Positions 27,333 to 40,829 of a stretch of 64,000 nucleotides of DNA are shown here, one piece after another. Numbering within the stretch: position 1 is the stretch's first letter; each line of letters begins with the position of its first letter. The stretch spans positions 102,610,001 to 102,674,000 of the forward strand of contig NC_043002.1 of the NCBI RefSeq assembly GCF_006345805.1. The letters are read 5' to 3'. The translations under genes and the position numbers were made by a program. The DNA is from Octopus sinensis. Its lineage: Eukaryota. The notes under the pieces were generated by a model. The model had not been told where the DNA came from. It ran no database searches and was given only the letters and a program-made list of their open reading frames with translations.

Positions 27333-27550
27333 TTCAAAATAAAGTAATAATTAAGAGACTCTCATTTGAGACGAGCGACTGATGTGTAATATGTACGTTG
27401 TGTAAGATCATCTACCATGCGACGGATACACATTTCGAGTGAGAACAACTTGTCTGTCCAAAATTAATAGAGATTCAAGCTAACACTCTTGCTATTCCAA
27501 AGAAACAAATCTAGCTTCAGTACAAAGTATTAGTGCGACACTTTTTACAG

Positions 27551-27629
27551 ACCATATAAAGATATTTCAGCCGACATTACGAATAAGAAGAAGATTACAC
27601 GTAATGGAATTATCCGTTCAGTTTTGAAG
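27551..27629 (+). CDS. Candidate internal exon of an unknown host gene
   Basis: Acceptor CACTTTTTACAG and donor AAG|GTAAAC. The single open frame is x-PYKDISADITNKKKITRNGIIRSVLK, ending in phase 0. Confidence 0.4.
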
Positions 27630-27848
27630 GTAAACAAGAGTCCCTAGCTCCCTGTTATGGTATTGTTTAGCCTGAGATCATTCCGGAGACAAATGCCTTG
27701 CACATAGACTATTCTGCTATAAACACATACTGTGATCATCCGGTCATTTTTTAATATACAATATTGTCGCGTTGTATTATTATTATCATTTGTTCTTCCT
27801 CGTATGAGATGGTAGGTTGTCATTTTACGGATGACCAGCTGCTGTGAC

Positions 27849-27885
<37 letters not shown>

Positions 27886-28357
27886 GAGGACTTCCTTCAT
27901 TAACTCACCAGTTTGTGCAATTATTTTAGTTTCAGTTCAGTCCTGATCTATAATCTTACACAAAGACGTTCCACTTATAACAATCCCGCCGTTTTCATAG
28001 ACACTGTGTGAACGAAAGAACAGCGTGACATGGCGTATCCCTCCTTAAAAGATAAAGCATGAACTTAAGAAATTTGACGACTTGTTGAGTAAAAGTTAAA
28101 TAAACGTGTCAAACTACAAACAGGTTTAAAATATTTAGATCTAGTAGAGAATATATTTCCCGTTACCGTTGTTACTGGTGTAGAAGAGATATTTCAATTT
28201 TAGGCTACGTCTTATAAAGCAACACAGTGATAAAACCAGATCCAACTCGAAGTATACAGTATCTTTATGATCTCCATGACTATATTGTTAAAAATGCGCC
28301 TTCTTTGTACATCATAAGTTTATGATATAATGGTGCAGTGAAAGCAGTTTATTGTAG

Positions 28358-28477
28358 GACGAAAGACCGGGTAAATATCTGGTTGCACCAAGATTGTTGC
28401 TAAAGCATGGCTTCGTTTCTTCTTTTATTCTCTGTACCGTGCTGTTAGTTTTCATAGTAATTGGAATTCTGCTATAA
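28358..28477 (+). CDS. Candidate terminal exon encoding a C-terminal hydrophobic (TM/GPI-type) segment
   Basis: After TTTATTGTAG, phase 0 gives DERPGKYLVAPRLLLKHGFVSSFILCTVLLVFIVIGILL*, phase-compatible with 27551-27629. The polypyrimidine tract is weak, with nearby upstream AGs. Confidence 0.4.
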   Translation, partial: DERPGKYLVAPRLLLKHGFVSSFILCTVLLVFIVIGILL

Positions 28478-28599
28478 ACACATACTTCTGTATAAATCGC
28501 TATCGGCCAAGTTGAAAGGTTGTGGGTTTGTACAAATCCATAAAGTAGAAGAAAGTAAAAGAGAAAGAGGTGAGAGAGTTTCAGAAGAACGGAATGGAT

Positions 28600-28927
28600 A
28601 AGAGATGGAGAATGAGAGCGAATGTGAGAGAGGGAGAGGGAGAGAGAGGGGGGAATATTTATATAGAGGGACATGGGATAAATAAAAAAAGGAAAACGTG
28701 TGAGAGATAGAAATAGAGTGGGATAGATGGGGAAGGAGAGGGAATGAAAGAGAAAATAACGAGTGCAAGCGAGAGAGAAAGAGAGGGGGAGAGAGAGTCG
28801 AGGAGAGAGACAAATCTGTACAGAGACAGATATAAGATACATAGGGATACATGCAGTGGCATGGAACTAGAAAGAGAGAAAGAGGAAAAGAATGAGGAGG
28901 AAATGATTGGGATAAAGCAAAAGGAAC

Positions 28928-28985
<58 letters not shown>

Positions 28986-29146
28986 AAGAGAGAGAGAGAC
29001 AAAGAGAGAAAGCGAGAGAGAGAATGAGAGAACGAGAGAGAAAAAATGTGTGTGTGAGAGAGAGAATAAGGATCGCCAAGATATGCTACAGAAAATACTG
29101 AAATATCAAGTGATGGAGAGTAAGTGAGAATGAAAACGACAAAGAA

Positions 29147-29205
<59 letters not shown>
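28600..29205. repeat. Purine-rich (GA)n low-complexity region
   Basis: Multiple GA runs; explains the SL/ER ORFs. Confidence 0.9.
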
Positions 29206-29207
<2 letters not shown>

Positions 29208-29617
29208 GTAGAGATTAAGATATTGATACAAAGAACGAGCAACAATTTAGAAATGGGAAGGAAAATAGTTGCTACCTTAATAATTCATAAATATATTATG
29301 ACAATATCTTTCAAAATCTATGAAGTTGAATATGTATAGCAAACATACAAGAGACACGAATGGAATGCGAGTGAAGGCAAGTGAAGAAAGAAGAAAATAG
29401 AAGTTAAAAGAGAAGAATGGCAATAAAGAATAAGACATGTTATTCAATTTGTCATGCCAAGAGTGCCTTCGCAAACATGATGAGTGGTTTTGGAAATAAA
29501 CCAAAGTATTTTTTTATTAAAAGACCGGGAAAGTTCTGCGTGTGCACGTAAGTATACACAGGAACATATACATACGTAGTTACATTTAGATAATTACAGG
29601 GAAAGTGAGAATATAAT

Positions 29618-29619
<2 letters not shown>

Positions 29620-29698
<79 letters not shown>

Positions 29699-29986
29699 TA
29701 TATATATAATACAACATACGTACACACTTCTATTGGTATATATGCAGGAAGAAGCTTGTGTGCATATGCATGAGAAAACAGAGAGATAAGCGTGAGCATG
29801 TAAACATTGTCTGTAGGCGCATGTGTGTGTGTGTGTGTGTGTGGTGTGTGTTTGGATATATGTATATATACAGAAATAGATTTAAATAGATGTATATGTA
29901 CATGTGTAGATATGCAAGTATCTATACACATGCATACATTCGCATATACATGCATACGTCTATGTAAATATTCATACATTCATATG

Positions 29987-30075
<89 letters not shown>

Positions 30076-30166
30076 TATACTTATATATACATTATATATA
30101 TATATTCATAGAAATTTATTCGTAAATACACACACACACATATGTATATGTATATATCTCTATGTG

Positions 30167-30198
<32 letters not shown>

Positions 30199-30209
30199 TA
30201 TATATACAC

Positions 30210-30276
<67 letters not shown>

Positions 30277-30525
30277 ACACATACTTATATATATATACGT
30301 GTGTGTGTGTGTGTGTATGTGTATATATATTTTATATTTATCGGATCTATGCCTACGTTCACCCATAAAGAAATACATATACCAATACTCACTCATAGAC
30401 ATACATATCAACACAAGATGGTCGTGTCTAATTTTGTAAGATGTTTCTGCAAGAATCGCGTACACTCTTCTCTGCGAATATGTGTCACTATACATACATA
30501 TATATTCAGCTATTTATATGTGCCA

Positions 30526-30560
<35 letters not shown>
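29620..30560. repeat. Compound (TA)n/(CA)n/(TG)n microsatellite field
   Basis: Directly visible. Confidence 0.95.
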
Positions 30561-30565
<5 letters not shown>

Positions 30566-31204
30566 ACACATGTCCAAGTGTACCATTCGAAATGTTTTAG
30601 TAATTACGTGTGTGCATATCACTAGTTATTCCATTATATATGCGTATATTTTAACCCGTTTATATATGTATGTGTGTAGGTATTTGTTTTACATGTTCAT
30701 AGATGGGAAAAGGAAATTGTATTATTGAACAGAAAGACTCTTGTAATACGCAGCAGGATTTCGGAACCATTTTCCTTACAAAGAACCATTTACTTAGATT
30801 GAAAAATCTAAAGTGGTACTTGTGCTACTTAAACCCTGTTAAGTGGGGCAGATCTTGATTTCAAGCATCACTTGTTTGGCATGTCAATACGGAGTGGAAG
30901 TCAGTGAATGTGAGACGAACAAGTTCCATACTCCAATCAAGTGAGACACACAAATAAATAAAGATTATTCGGAATCTATTACAGCAGCACGTATTCAGAC
31001 ATGCGCATTGAGTGCTCATATATACTTTTTACTATATAAGTTCGTGTGTTTACATCCACATATTATTATTATTATCATTACGTATGCTTGTATGTATGTA
31101 TGTATAACAACATTACTACTACTACTAATAATAATAATAAATTTTTAAAAATCTTTTAAATTAAACAAAAAAAAAGAAAGAAATAACTATATATCGTAAT
31201 TTCT

Positions 31205-31410
31205 ATGTTGTTGATTGATCCCCCGTGTTCCTGTTCGGCGTGTTGGTACAAAATGGATGAGCTTTTACCTTCCTTAAGTCCTCTCCAATGTCATATACCC
31301 GCTCTTCTATGCTTCTTGCCGTTTCCCCTACGTAAGTCGTTGTCTTGTTACTGCATCGTCCCTTTATACATCTTATACTATAGATTACAGAAATAAAAAT
31401 AATGACCATT
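31205..31410 (-). mobile_element. PLE GIY-YIG endonuclease fragment
   Basis: VIYSIRCIKGRC...TYVGETARSIEERV, a GIY-YIG signature with the conserved Arg; adjacent to an oppositely oriented pLTR. Confidence 0.65.
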
Positions 31411-31459
31411 CTGAAATATAACAATATATATAATGTTGATTCGTTAGCTACTGCACGCA

Positions 31460-31640
31460 TTTTTTTTCTCTCCTTCTTTCTGTGTTTTTCTCTCTCTGTG
31501 TATCTTTCTGTTGAAGAGCGTAGGCTCGAAACGTTAAAGACTTGTTTTATTTATATTTCCTGAGCGCCATACTAATACAATTGTTCGTTTGTTTTCCACC
31601 TGCCTTCGTCTTTTGTTTATTTTCATAAAGCTTCCCGTTA
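31460..31640 (+). mobile_element. PLE pseudo-LTR with a minimal hammerhead-like motif (31503-31540)
   Basis: TCTTT-CTGTTGA-A-GAGC gtag GCTC-GAAACGTT-AAAGA; matches 25092-25272 (inverted) and part of 40020-40100. Confidence 0.75.
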
Positions 31641-31642
31641 TA

Positions 31643-31706
<64 letters not shown>

Positions 31707-32319
31707 TGTGTGTGTATTTATGTTTATGTGTATGTACACATATATGTATACATATTTACATATGTACATGTGTGTATGCATCAATATATGGCTAACATTT
31801 TCATTTGTATTTCCTTTAGTTTCGTTTGTATTCTTGTCGTTTTCCAGTATTTTCTTATAAGGTAAAAGTTAGTCAAACCTTGTGTTAGACAGTAATTTTC
31901 CTGAATCGTCTATCAATGTTTCTTGTCTTCATATTCTTATCTGTGCAAAGAACTCATACTAGCATTTGATTTTGCCTTGTTATACCACGAAATAGTTATG
32001 TGATTTCTGCAGTTACGTATCACATCTGACCATTATACATATTTTTGTGTATGTGTGTGTGTGTGTCCGTCCGTGTGTATGTATATAAAGTATCCGAAAA
32101 AAGTCACTCAAAAGCATTAGAATAAGAATATATTTATAGAAACTGGATTGTTATGGACTGTCAGAGAGTTGCCAGTGGTTTCGCACAAATAAAACGCTTA
32201 GCTGAATAGGCGACTAGGCAGACTCAAAATGGCCGGGGATCCATAACCTCTCTACAACCGAAAGGGGGAAAACATTATGGTCAGTTAGTCTTGTAAGCTA
32301 TATATATATATATATATAT

Positions 32320-32524
32320 AAGGCGAGCTGGCAGAATAGTTAGCGGTATTTCGTCTGTCGTTATGTTCTGAGTTCAAATTCCGCCGAGGTCAACTTTGCC
32401 TTTCATCCCTTCGGGGTCGATAAATAAAGTACCAGTTTCGCACTGGGGCGATAGAATCGACTCAATCCCTTCGTCTGTCCTTGTTTGTCCCCTCTATGTT
32501 TGGCCCCTTGTGAGCAGTAAAGAA

Positions 32525-32528
<4 letters not shown>
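32320..32528 (+). mobile_element. SINE family A copy inserted in (TA)n
   Basis: GGCGAGCTGGCAGAAT..TTAGCGGTATTTCGTC...GAGTTCAAATTCCGCCGAGGTC...GCCCCTTGTG..AGTAAAGAAATA. Confidence 0.85.
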
Positions 32529-32559
<31 letters not shown>

Positions 32560-33189
32560 CATCTTGAGTGACCTTGTAAGTAGTGTTTCAGACGAGACGG
32601 GTTGTCTCATGTACATCGGTTCCAACCCTGGCGATTTTTGAAGTTGCTGACGTGGTTGTATTCGATGAATGGGGTATTCCAAGCTTGCAACAGGAAACGT
32701 TTCTGATGGGGACATTGAATAAACACATACTTCCCTGGAGTTTAAAAAGGCCCTCGTGTGAGGCAGGTTTTTTCGAGAGAGGGCAAAAATCCTGAAGACC
32801 TCGCTTGACCTGGGCTGCAATTTTGTATAATGTATAATATAATACTATAGATGATATTAATAGGCAATTAATAGGCAATTAGGATAACGGTTAATAGATC
32901 TGGCTACTCAAATTTCGGACAGAAAAATAATTATAGGGGTATTCACTTAAATATTACAGCATAGATCCGGAGGGGCTAATCAGGATAAGTCATGCTAAGT
33001 TTAATCAAATTCAAATGATTCGTCCAGAGTCTATGAATTAACTTCACGTGACATAGGTTTAAAGTTGAATGTCAAATTCAATGTTACATCTTCGCTTTTA
33101 GATAGTCGAACTGTTCATAGTATGACCACCAAATCACTTGGTACCTTTTTGTGTCTGTCTCTTCCTTGTTTCAATCATTAGACTTACGC

Positions 33190-33592
33190 CATACTGGAGC
33201 AACATGTTAAATAGTTTAAGTCGAATAAATCTACAAAGAACGTATTTATGATTTTGCTAGTTAGGTTATTGGTCGCTTTTGCCGAACCGTTCATTCACAG
33301 GGATTTAAACGTGTGCGGAGAGGGTAGAGGCGGAACAAAACTCAAAGAAATACGCCCATAGATACACACACGCTCACTGCATGCGCACACAAGGACACAA
33401 ACAGACAGACACACACACACGACAGGCTTCCTTTTCTTTCAGTTTCCATCCAACAATCCACCGAGAAGGCTCTGGCTGGTTGGGGGCTATAGTCGAAGAT
33501 ACTTGTCTAAGGTTCCGCGAAGTGGGACTGAAACGAAAAGAGCATATCTTGGCAATCATCCCTCTTAACCACACAGCCATACCTGCGTCTAT
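33190..33592 (-). mobile_element. Diverged SINE family B copy
   Basis: Matches 57250-57668 (TTTGCCGAACCG..., TTTCAGTTTCC..., CTATAGT.GAAGA.ACTTG, GTGGGACTGAA, ACCACACAGCCA). Confidence 0.7.
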
Positions 33593-33617
33593 ATACCCAT
33601 GATATATATTAAAGCAA

Positions 33618-33790
33618 GTTCAAATTAAAGCTGAGTTCAAATTCCACCGTGGTCGACTTTGCCTTTCATCCTTTCGGGGTCGATAAATTAAGTACCAGTT
33701 CCGCACTGGGGTCGATGTAATCGACTTAATACCTATGTCTGTCTTGTTTGTCCCCTCTATGTTTAGCCCCTTGTGGGTAATAAAGAAATA
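33618..33790 (+). mobile_element. 5'-truncated SINE family A copy with 17-bp TSD
   Basis: Direct repeat GATATATATTAAAGCAA at 33601-33617 and 33791-33807 flanks the SINE body. Confidence 0.85.
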
Positions 33791-34034
33791 GATATATATT
33801 AAAGCAATTTGAAAGAAACCACTCTCTACATCATGTGGTTATATCCATTATCTTGGCAACACAATACAGTCTGCGATTTTTGAAGTTTAAGAGCACAAAA
33901 TATTTGAGTGTGAAGACATTGAAGAGTAGGGCCCGAATCAAAAATCAAATGAATAGTTCTTTTGAATCCTTCTCATTTTGAATTGTGTCCTTTCCAATGA
34001 ACAGTACTATTTCGCCCACTAAATATAAGTTACG

Positions 34035-34370
34035 AACTCTCTTAGACCCCCTTCGGTCATGAATGACCTTCGGATTGCATCTAGAAAGTTACCCTCCTAG
34101 AACCAAGTCCGGGCAAGGTTGTTTATGGAAGACCAGCAGTCGCCCATGCATACCAGCCTCCCCTCTCCACGCCACCGATGTTATCCAAGGGAAAGGCAAA
34201 GGGGCCGATACAGCTTGGCACCAGTGACGTCGCAACTCATTTCTACAGCTGAGTGAACTGGAGCAACGTGAAATAAAGTGCTTTGCTCAAGAACACAACA
34301 CGCAGCCCGGTCCGGGATTCGAGCTCACAACCTCACGATCGTAAGCTCGACGCTCTAACCACTGAGCCAT
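34035..34370 (-). mobile_element. tRNA-derived SINE, family D
   Basis: Minus strand ATGGCTCAGTGGTTAGAGCG (A box)...GCTCGAATCCC (B box), then TTGAGCAAAGCACTT...TTCACTCAGCTGTAGAAATGAG. Confidence 0.8.
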
Positions 34371-34569
34371 AATCAAGATATTAAATTAATTAGAATTACT
34401 TCTATTGCGTGAAGTTGCATGGCCTCATGACTAGCCAGTTACTTTCTCGATCGAAGATTGTGGCATTGGCTTCCATGAAACGCTTCCGTGAAACGCTTCA
34501 TCACTCGTTAGTTTTGTTCCGCTTTAAATGTGGAACCACGCAACGGACTAGTGCCTCGTTCGGTGGCTT

Positions 34570-34735
34570 AAGTAGATTACATTGACCCCCAGTGTTCAAC
34601 TGGTACTTATTTTCTCAACCCAGATAGCATGAAAGGTAAAAGCCAGCCTCGGCGGATTTTGGACTCAGAATGTAAAGACGGACAAAAAGCCGTCAAGCAT
34701 TTCGTCCGGCATGTAAACAGTTCAATCAGCTCATC
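34570..34735 (-). mobile_element. Diverged SINE family A copy
   Basis: ACCCCCAGTG..AACTGGTACTTATTT...ATGAAAGG.AAA...CCTCGGCGGA.TTT.GACTCAGAA. Confidence 0.7.
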
Positions 34736-37061
34736 ATTTCCATATAATATTAATCTCCTTAATAATTTGAATTTTCAACCATAATTGCGCGCTTTGAACT
34801 CTCCGTTGTATTTGCTGTGGTGAATTTACATACTTATATTGCTGACTCATAATTTATGCAATGTCTCACCCACAGGGTCTTAGATCCGTTAAAGACGTGG
34901 TCGTTAATTGCGTATCGATGGAACACCACTTGTATAGTATATTCTTTCTTTTTTCATAATATTTAGATCACTCTGTAACCGCCTAATCTATCTAATCTCC
35001 ATCTCTGTCTCTGCATATGTGTTTCCTGTCCGTCCTCCCCCATCTCTCTTGGCAACGCAAACTGCCAAAATGAAATCAGTCGCTAACCTCAGTAGGGGTC
35101 ATACATGACTTCAGAGAGAGAGACAGAGAGAGAGCGAGAGACAGAGAGACAGAGAGACAGAGACAAAGATAGAAAGAGAGAAAGAGAGATAGGCAAAAAC
35201 ACAGAGCGATGTCAAGTAGAAATTTTAAGAAGAATTAGATTAAGCCGGAAAGAAGTAATGGAAATAGTAAGGAATGGAATTAAATAAACAAAACAAAACA
35301 ATAAGAAAAAATGAAGGTAAGAAAGTGAATCGTGAACATGATTCGTATGCAAGGCGGTAATAAATTTGGACGATAATTCCGGGACAAGGCGTTAAAAGAA
35401 AGAGAGAAAAAAGGAACTGGTATATCTGATATGTTCTGAAACTATTTATTGCTGTGACAACCATATATGGTTTTACGTCTGTTGCGAAGTATTAAGGCCG
35501 GAGGAAGTGAGATTTATGAAAGACCTAGATTTTTAATGCAAGACTTCGAAAAGATAAATACGAGAAATAATTGAAAATTTTACTATTTGAATAAGATGAC
35601 ATTTTGTATTGCAAATTTTATTGAAGATATTAGAGATTCTGTAATTCTGTGAGCGTATTTCAATACCACGAAAGAGATTCTAGCTAAACGGTGCCAATAG
35701 TGTAAATAACAAGTATGTTCTGCTGATATTCAATTAGAAAACAAACAATACTGAGATGAATAGTTCTGTAGTAGTTTGGTTAGAGTTGAGACTATTAAAA
35801 ATGTTAACAACGACAGCTGTCTTCTGTGTAAAATAAAATATTGCTGGTCTTGTATAAAAATGCTGAGTTTCAGCAACTAAACATGTTCCGTTTTTCATGT
35901 TCCATCATTGAGAATCAGAAAAATTTGAACTGAAATCTATAATAGTATAACTGTTTACATCTGAATAAATGATAAACACAATTATCAGGGATTTATCCAC
36001 GCCGTGAAGATTGATCCGGAGAGAAAAAATAAATTGTGATTGAATACGAATATATAGAGATATGAATAGTCTCATAATGATGCTGTTTATTGAGAAACAA
36101 TTTTGAATTAATAAACTCAACGTATTTCAGCCTTGAAGTTCGAAACAGTGGACAAAATATCTATTCTTTTATTCCTTTCATGGTTACAGTCGCCGTACTG
36201 CGGCGATGCTGGAGCATCACCTTAATTTCTTTCTTTTTCTTTTACCTTTTAGCTTTGTTGTCGCTTTATGAGTGTAAGTTTTTCGATGATCGATCTCGTA
36301 GTTGCTAATCTCCCCTGATTGTATCATTGACTGGTTGGTTGGTTGGTTGGTCCGGAATCGTTGTTAGCAGTTCATCTAATGCTTTACTGAAAGTTTCAGT
36401 AGAGGACCCTTTTATAGTTCTAATCTCTTTGCGTAAGCAGTTGAATACTTGACGACCTCTGAATCTTAGACCGGTACAGTAGAGTGTTTTTCCTCGTGAG
36501 TTTGAGGCTTAAATATAGAATCTTAGGAACGCAAAGGGAATGCGATGAGAAGATATTCGAGTTCAAATAGGACACAGGTGAACATTACTGAAATCTTTTA
36601 TTAGTCTTCGATATCTTTAATTGAGTTCACTCAACATAGTGAGGGGATCGCGGCGGAAAAATAGGAACGATTCCCTTTCTTCAAACTGTATAATTTTCAT
36701 AATTGTTAGAAAATTTTCAGACTCACATCTGCGTCTAAGTGTTATTGACACACGTCTCGATTAGGAAGCTAATGGGATAGAATCTTGAGGATCGGTGAGA
36801 CAGCTCTCAATACAAGGAATTTCCGAGTTTTGAGCATTTATAGAATGGCTAATGCCACAGGCTTTTAGAAAGATTTTCGTCCATGAAGTAGCTTTTTATT
36901 TGTGTCACTTCAGAAAAATCGCCAAGCGCCCTCGTTGGAGTTTAATGACATCACTGAGACCTCGACTTTCACAGGGCTACATTAGTGGTCAATGTATCAT
37001 ACCGAATATGATTCTCTCCATTTACTTTACTGGATTCAGCATGACTAAGAATTGTGGAAGC

Positions 37062-37380
37062 ACTCCGTCGATTACGACGACGAGGGTTCCGGTTGATCCG
37101 AATCAACGGAACAGCCTGCTCGTGAAATTAACGTGTAAGTGGCTGAGCACTCCACAGACACGTGTACCCTTAACGTAGTTCTCGGCGATATTCAGCGTGA
37201 CACAGAGAGTGACAAGGCCGGCCCTTTGAAATACAGGTACAACAGAAACAGGAAGTAAGAGTGAGAGAAAGTTGTGGTGAAAGAGTACAGCAGGGATCAC
37301 TACAATCCCTGCCGGAGCCTCGTGGAGCTTTAAGTGTTTTCGCTCAATAAACACTCACAACGCCCGGTCTGGGAATCGAA
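37062..37380 (-). mobile_element. SINE sharing the family C head and body but with a different 3' half
   Basis: Reverse complement TTCGATTCCCAGACCGGG.GTT.TG.GTGTTTATT.A.CGAAAAC.C.TAAAGCTCCACGAGGCTCCGG matches 24066-24135. Downstream of about the CTTCCTG motif it diverges; the 5' end is truncated. Confidence 0.8.
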
Positions 37381-37644
37381 GACTAAGAATTAACGTCTCC
37401 TAGAATGATTAGTAGAAGTTTGGCGTCTGGAAACAGTGTGGCTGTAATTACAAAGCTGGAGAGCTGGATATATCAATTAGAAGTGATCACTCTTGATATT
37501 TCTTCAACTTCTTAAAAAAATTTTGTTTCTTAATTTTTTTTAATTAAGCGAAACGGCTTTACTCTAGCGATTGATGATACCGATGTGTTAGCAAGGTTTT
37601 CATTCTCTTAGGATCACAGCAGAACTTAATTTATTGTTTAGCTA

Positions 37645-37912
37645 TTACATTGTGAGTGGATTTGGTAGACAGAAACTGAAAGAAGCCCGTCGTTTATATA
37701 TATATGCGTATGAGTTTGTATGTTTGCCCCCCACCCAACATCGATTGACAACCGATGCTGGTGTGTTTACGACCGCGCAACCTAGCGGCTCGGCAAAAGT
37801 GACCGATAGAACTAGTACCAGACTTACAAAGAATAAGTCCTGAGGTAGGTTTGCTCGACTAAAGGCGGTGCTCAAGCATGGCTGCAGTCAAATGCCTGAA
37901 ACAAGTAAAAGG
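37645..37912 (+). mobile_element. 5'-truncated SINE family B copy
   Basis: GTGAGTGGATTTGGTAGACAGAAACTGAAAGAAGCCCGTCG...GCATGGCTGCAGTCAAATG.CTGAAACAAGTAAAAG. Confidence 0.85.
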
Positions 37913-38649
37913 ATATAATTATTATTATTGTAGTTGTTGTGGAAATGCCATTTAGCGGAGCGGTAAAGTGCACGTTAGGAATAATGTAGTAGACGTGTTT
38001 GGATTAAGTTGGCGAGGAATTGTTGAAGATGGAATTAGTTGTTGTTGTTGTTGTTGTTGCTAGTGGTGGTGGTGGTGGTGGTGGTGGTGGTGATGTCAGC
38101 GACGACGACTAGTTAACTGGTTAAATAGGTTGTGTTTCCCATGAGAGTGGGTAGGGCAATCGAGCAATGAATAACAATGGCAGCGGTGATGGGATGGGCA
38201 GCCACAAGATCACCGAGGTTTACTTTTTGCTTTTGTCCACATCACTGTTGTTGTTGTTGTTTAACTGTTTTCAACAAATGAATTATTGACTGGAGAGTTT
38301 GATTTTAATCGCAAAATGTGCAGGCAAGAGGAGGGAGCAGGGTTTATAATTCGTTTTATTTTTATTTTTGATGTGAATCACATGTCTTTCAGAATGTGTA
38401 AAACAATAAAATGACGAAAGTTAGAAATGAGTTAATTAAAATCATTTTAGTGGTCAAAGATGACGTTTAGAAACCAAGGACTCTAATATTTTAATGAGCG
38501 AAAGTTCTACCAGGATTTTGAAATGTGCGATACAAAAGATAAAAAAAAAAAAATGGAAAAATCCCTACGCAACGGTAAAATTATTCCAAATGCCCAACGT
38601 AATCGTTTAATAGATGGAAGACTGCAGATTCCATTGAACATAACACCAT

Positions 38650-39430
38650 TAAAATATTTGCAGATGACTCTAAGCTCCAGAAAGTCATTAAGGGAGTATA
38701 AGATCGATCGATACTTCAATCGGACTTGTGCGCAGTAACTGAGCGGGCAAAATAAAACAATATGCAGTTGAACGAAGAAAAATTTGAGCTCATCCACGTC
38801 GTAAAAGATGGCACACTCAAACAACCATATACACTACCGTCGTGAGACCTACTTGAACCGTCAGACAATATCAGAGACTTAGGTGTAACTGTCGACGGCA
38901 ACCTTACCTGGAGTGTGCAACATCAACAAAAAAGTCGATGTTGCCCGCAGAATGTTCTCATGGATCCTCAGAACTTTTTAATCTATGGGTCATGAAACCA
39001 TCATCCTTCTCTTCTTTACATTCGCTAGGCCCCACCTGGAATACTGCTGCCCATTCTGGACCCCCTTCAAAAAACAAGACATAATGAGGATCGAAGCGCC
39101 ACAAAGATCAATCACTAACAAGTAAATGGCATGATGGGACTTGATTATTAACCTCGACTTAAACAACTGAAACTCTATTTTCTGCGACGCCGCTGTGAGC
39201 GATGCACTACTTGCACTATGTGGAAAATATTCTACCAATATTATGCAAATGGTATCGGTATTATGTTTTTCAATGTTATCCTGAAAGAAATTAAAGTAGA
39301 AAAAATTAAAGTAGAAAAAATAAAAACCACAACATTTAAATGGTACCTGGACAAATTCGTCCACAAACGGTCTCTGAATAAAGTTTGTTAAAGAATGATG
39401 AAGAAAGCACTCATGTTTCCGGGGTGAATC
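38650..39430 (+). mobile_element. Decayed CR1/L2-type LINE 3' fragment
   Basis: DNIRDLGVTVDGNLTWS, remnants of RMxSWILRTF and RPHLEYCCP.W.P.KK.DI..IEAPQR; same family as 43005-45545. Confidence 0.75.
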
Positions 39431-39461
39431 ATTCAAACTGACAGAATAAGGGCAAGGCTTA

Positions 39462-39665
39462 AGGCGGCAAGTTGGCAGAAATGTTAGTACGCCGGGCGAA
39501 ATGCATAAAGGTATTTCGTCTGGCCTTACGTTCTGAGTTTAAATTCCGCCGAAGTAGACTTTGCCTTTCGGGATCGATAAATTAAGTACCTGTTGCGTAC
39601 TGGGATCCATCTAATGCACTGGCCCCCACCTCCAAAATTTCGGGCATTGTGCCTAAAGTAGAAAC
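39462..39665 (+). mobile_element. SINE family A copy
   Basis: GGCGGCAAGTTGGCAGAAATGTTAGTACGCCGGGCGAAATGC...GAGTTTAAATTCCGCCGAAG...GATAAATTAAGTACC. Confidence 0.8.
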
Positions 39666-40755
39666 GAATAAGGGCAAGTCTTAAAAATAAGAACTGGGAT
39701 CGATACGTTCGACTAAAATCCTTGAAGATGGTGCCCTGTGAAGGCCACGGTCAACCAAAACAAGTAAAAGAAATTAAAAATATGTGTGTGTGTGTGTTTC
39801 TTCCTTCATTATCTGGGTTCCCTACTTCCGGTCATTTCATCAATAGAACTACAGACATGATGTTGGCAATATCATTTTCTTTGGAATTTTCCCTTTCTAA
39901 TTTCCGACGAAGAATTCTGCTCGAAACGCCAAGTTCTCTCTTTTCACTGAACGTCGAGCAAATACTCTCCTTGTGCGCATCCTCTTAATTTTGTTCGTTT
40001 TAATTTAATTTAACAAAACAAAAGACGAAGGCCAGTGTGTAAATAACAGACAGATGTATTAGTTTATCGCTCGGGGAGTGAGAAAGTCTTTTACGTTTCG
40101 AAAATATATTTATATTCAATAAAAATATTGGAACCAACTAATAGATACTACAAGTTGTTTGGCAGACGAATCTAAACCTTGTGTCCTATCCTTTGTCGCA
40201 AGATTGAGAGAGACCACACACACATGTATACGCAATCACATACATACATGCATATATAAACACACACACACACACACACACATAAGTATGTAAATACGAG
40301 CACACACATAAACGCCTACCAGTGTTATATATCGCTGTGCCGACGACTCAGAACTCCTAAAACTAAACTCGTATCGTTTGAAAACTCCGCTAACTTTGCA
40401 GTCTATAAATACCTGTCTTTCGTTTGCTGCCAAATAAACTAAATATATATTTTATTCAACTCAGATATTTTCTTAGAACATAAAAAATAAAGAACACTCT
40501 GTATATTAGAGAATATATAAACAAGCGAACAGTATTCATATATCATAGTTTGATAAGTTCTGTTACGCATCAGGAAATAATAAAAACCAAAACAATAGAT
40601 TCATGTTGTAATATTTTCAATAGCTCACACAATATGTCCGTTCTCAGTTGTCCAGTATGAAAACTGTCTAAAAGTTGGACGAAAAGACATGTACTTCTAG
40701 TATCGATCAATTAATCCGTAAAATAAATCAGACCAAAGTTTTCTCTGATTCTCCC

Positions 40756-40829
<74 letters not shown>

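Noticed and set aside
28312-29245. 176-aa and 257-aa minus-strand SL-rich ORFs
   Set aside because: Mostly translated (GA)n low-complexity sequence.
32583-32795. ORF with a Walker-B-like VVVFDEWG
   Set aside because: No Walker A or other ATPase motif. The opposite strand looks weakly like a decayed RTE LINE C-terminus, but too weakly to call.
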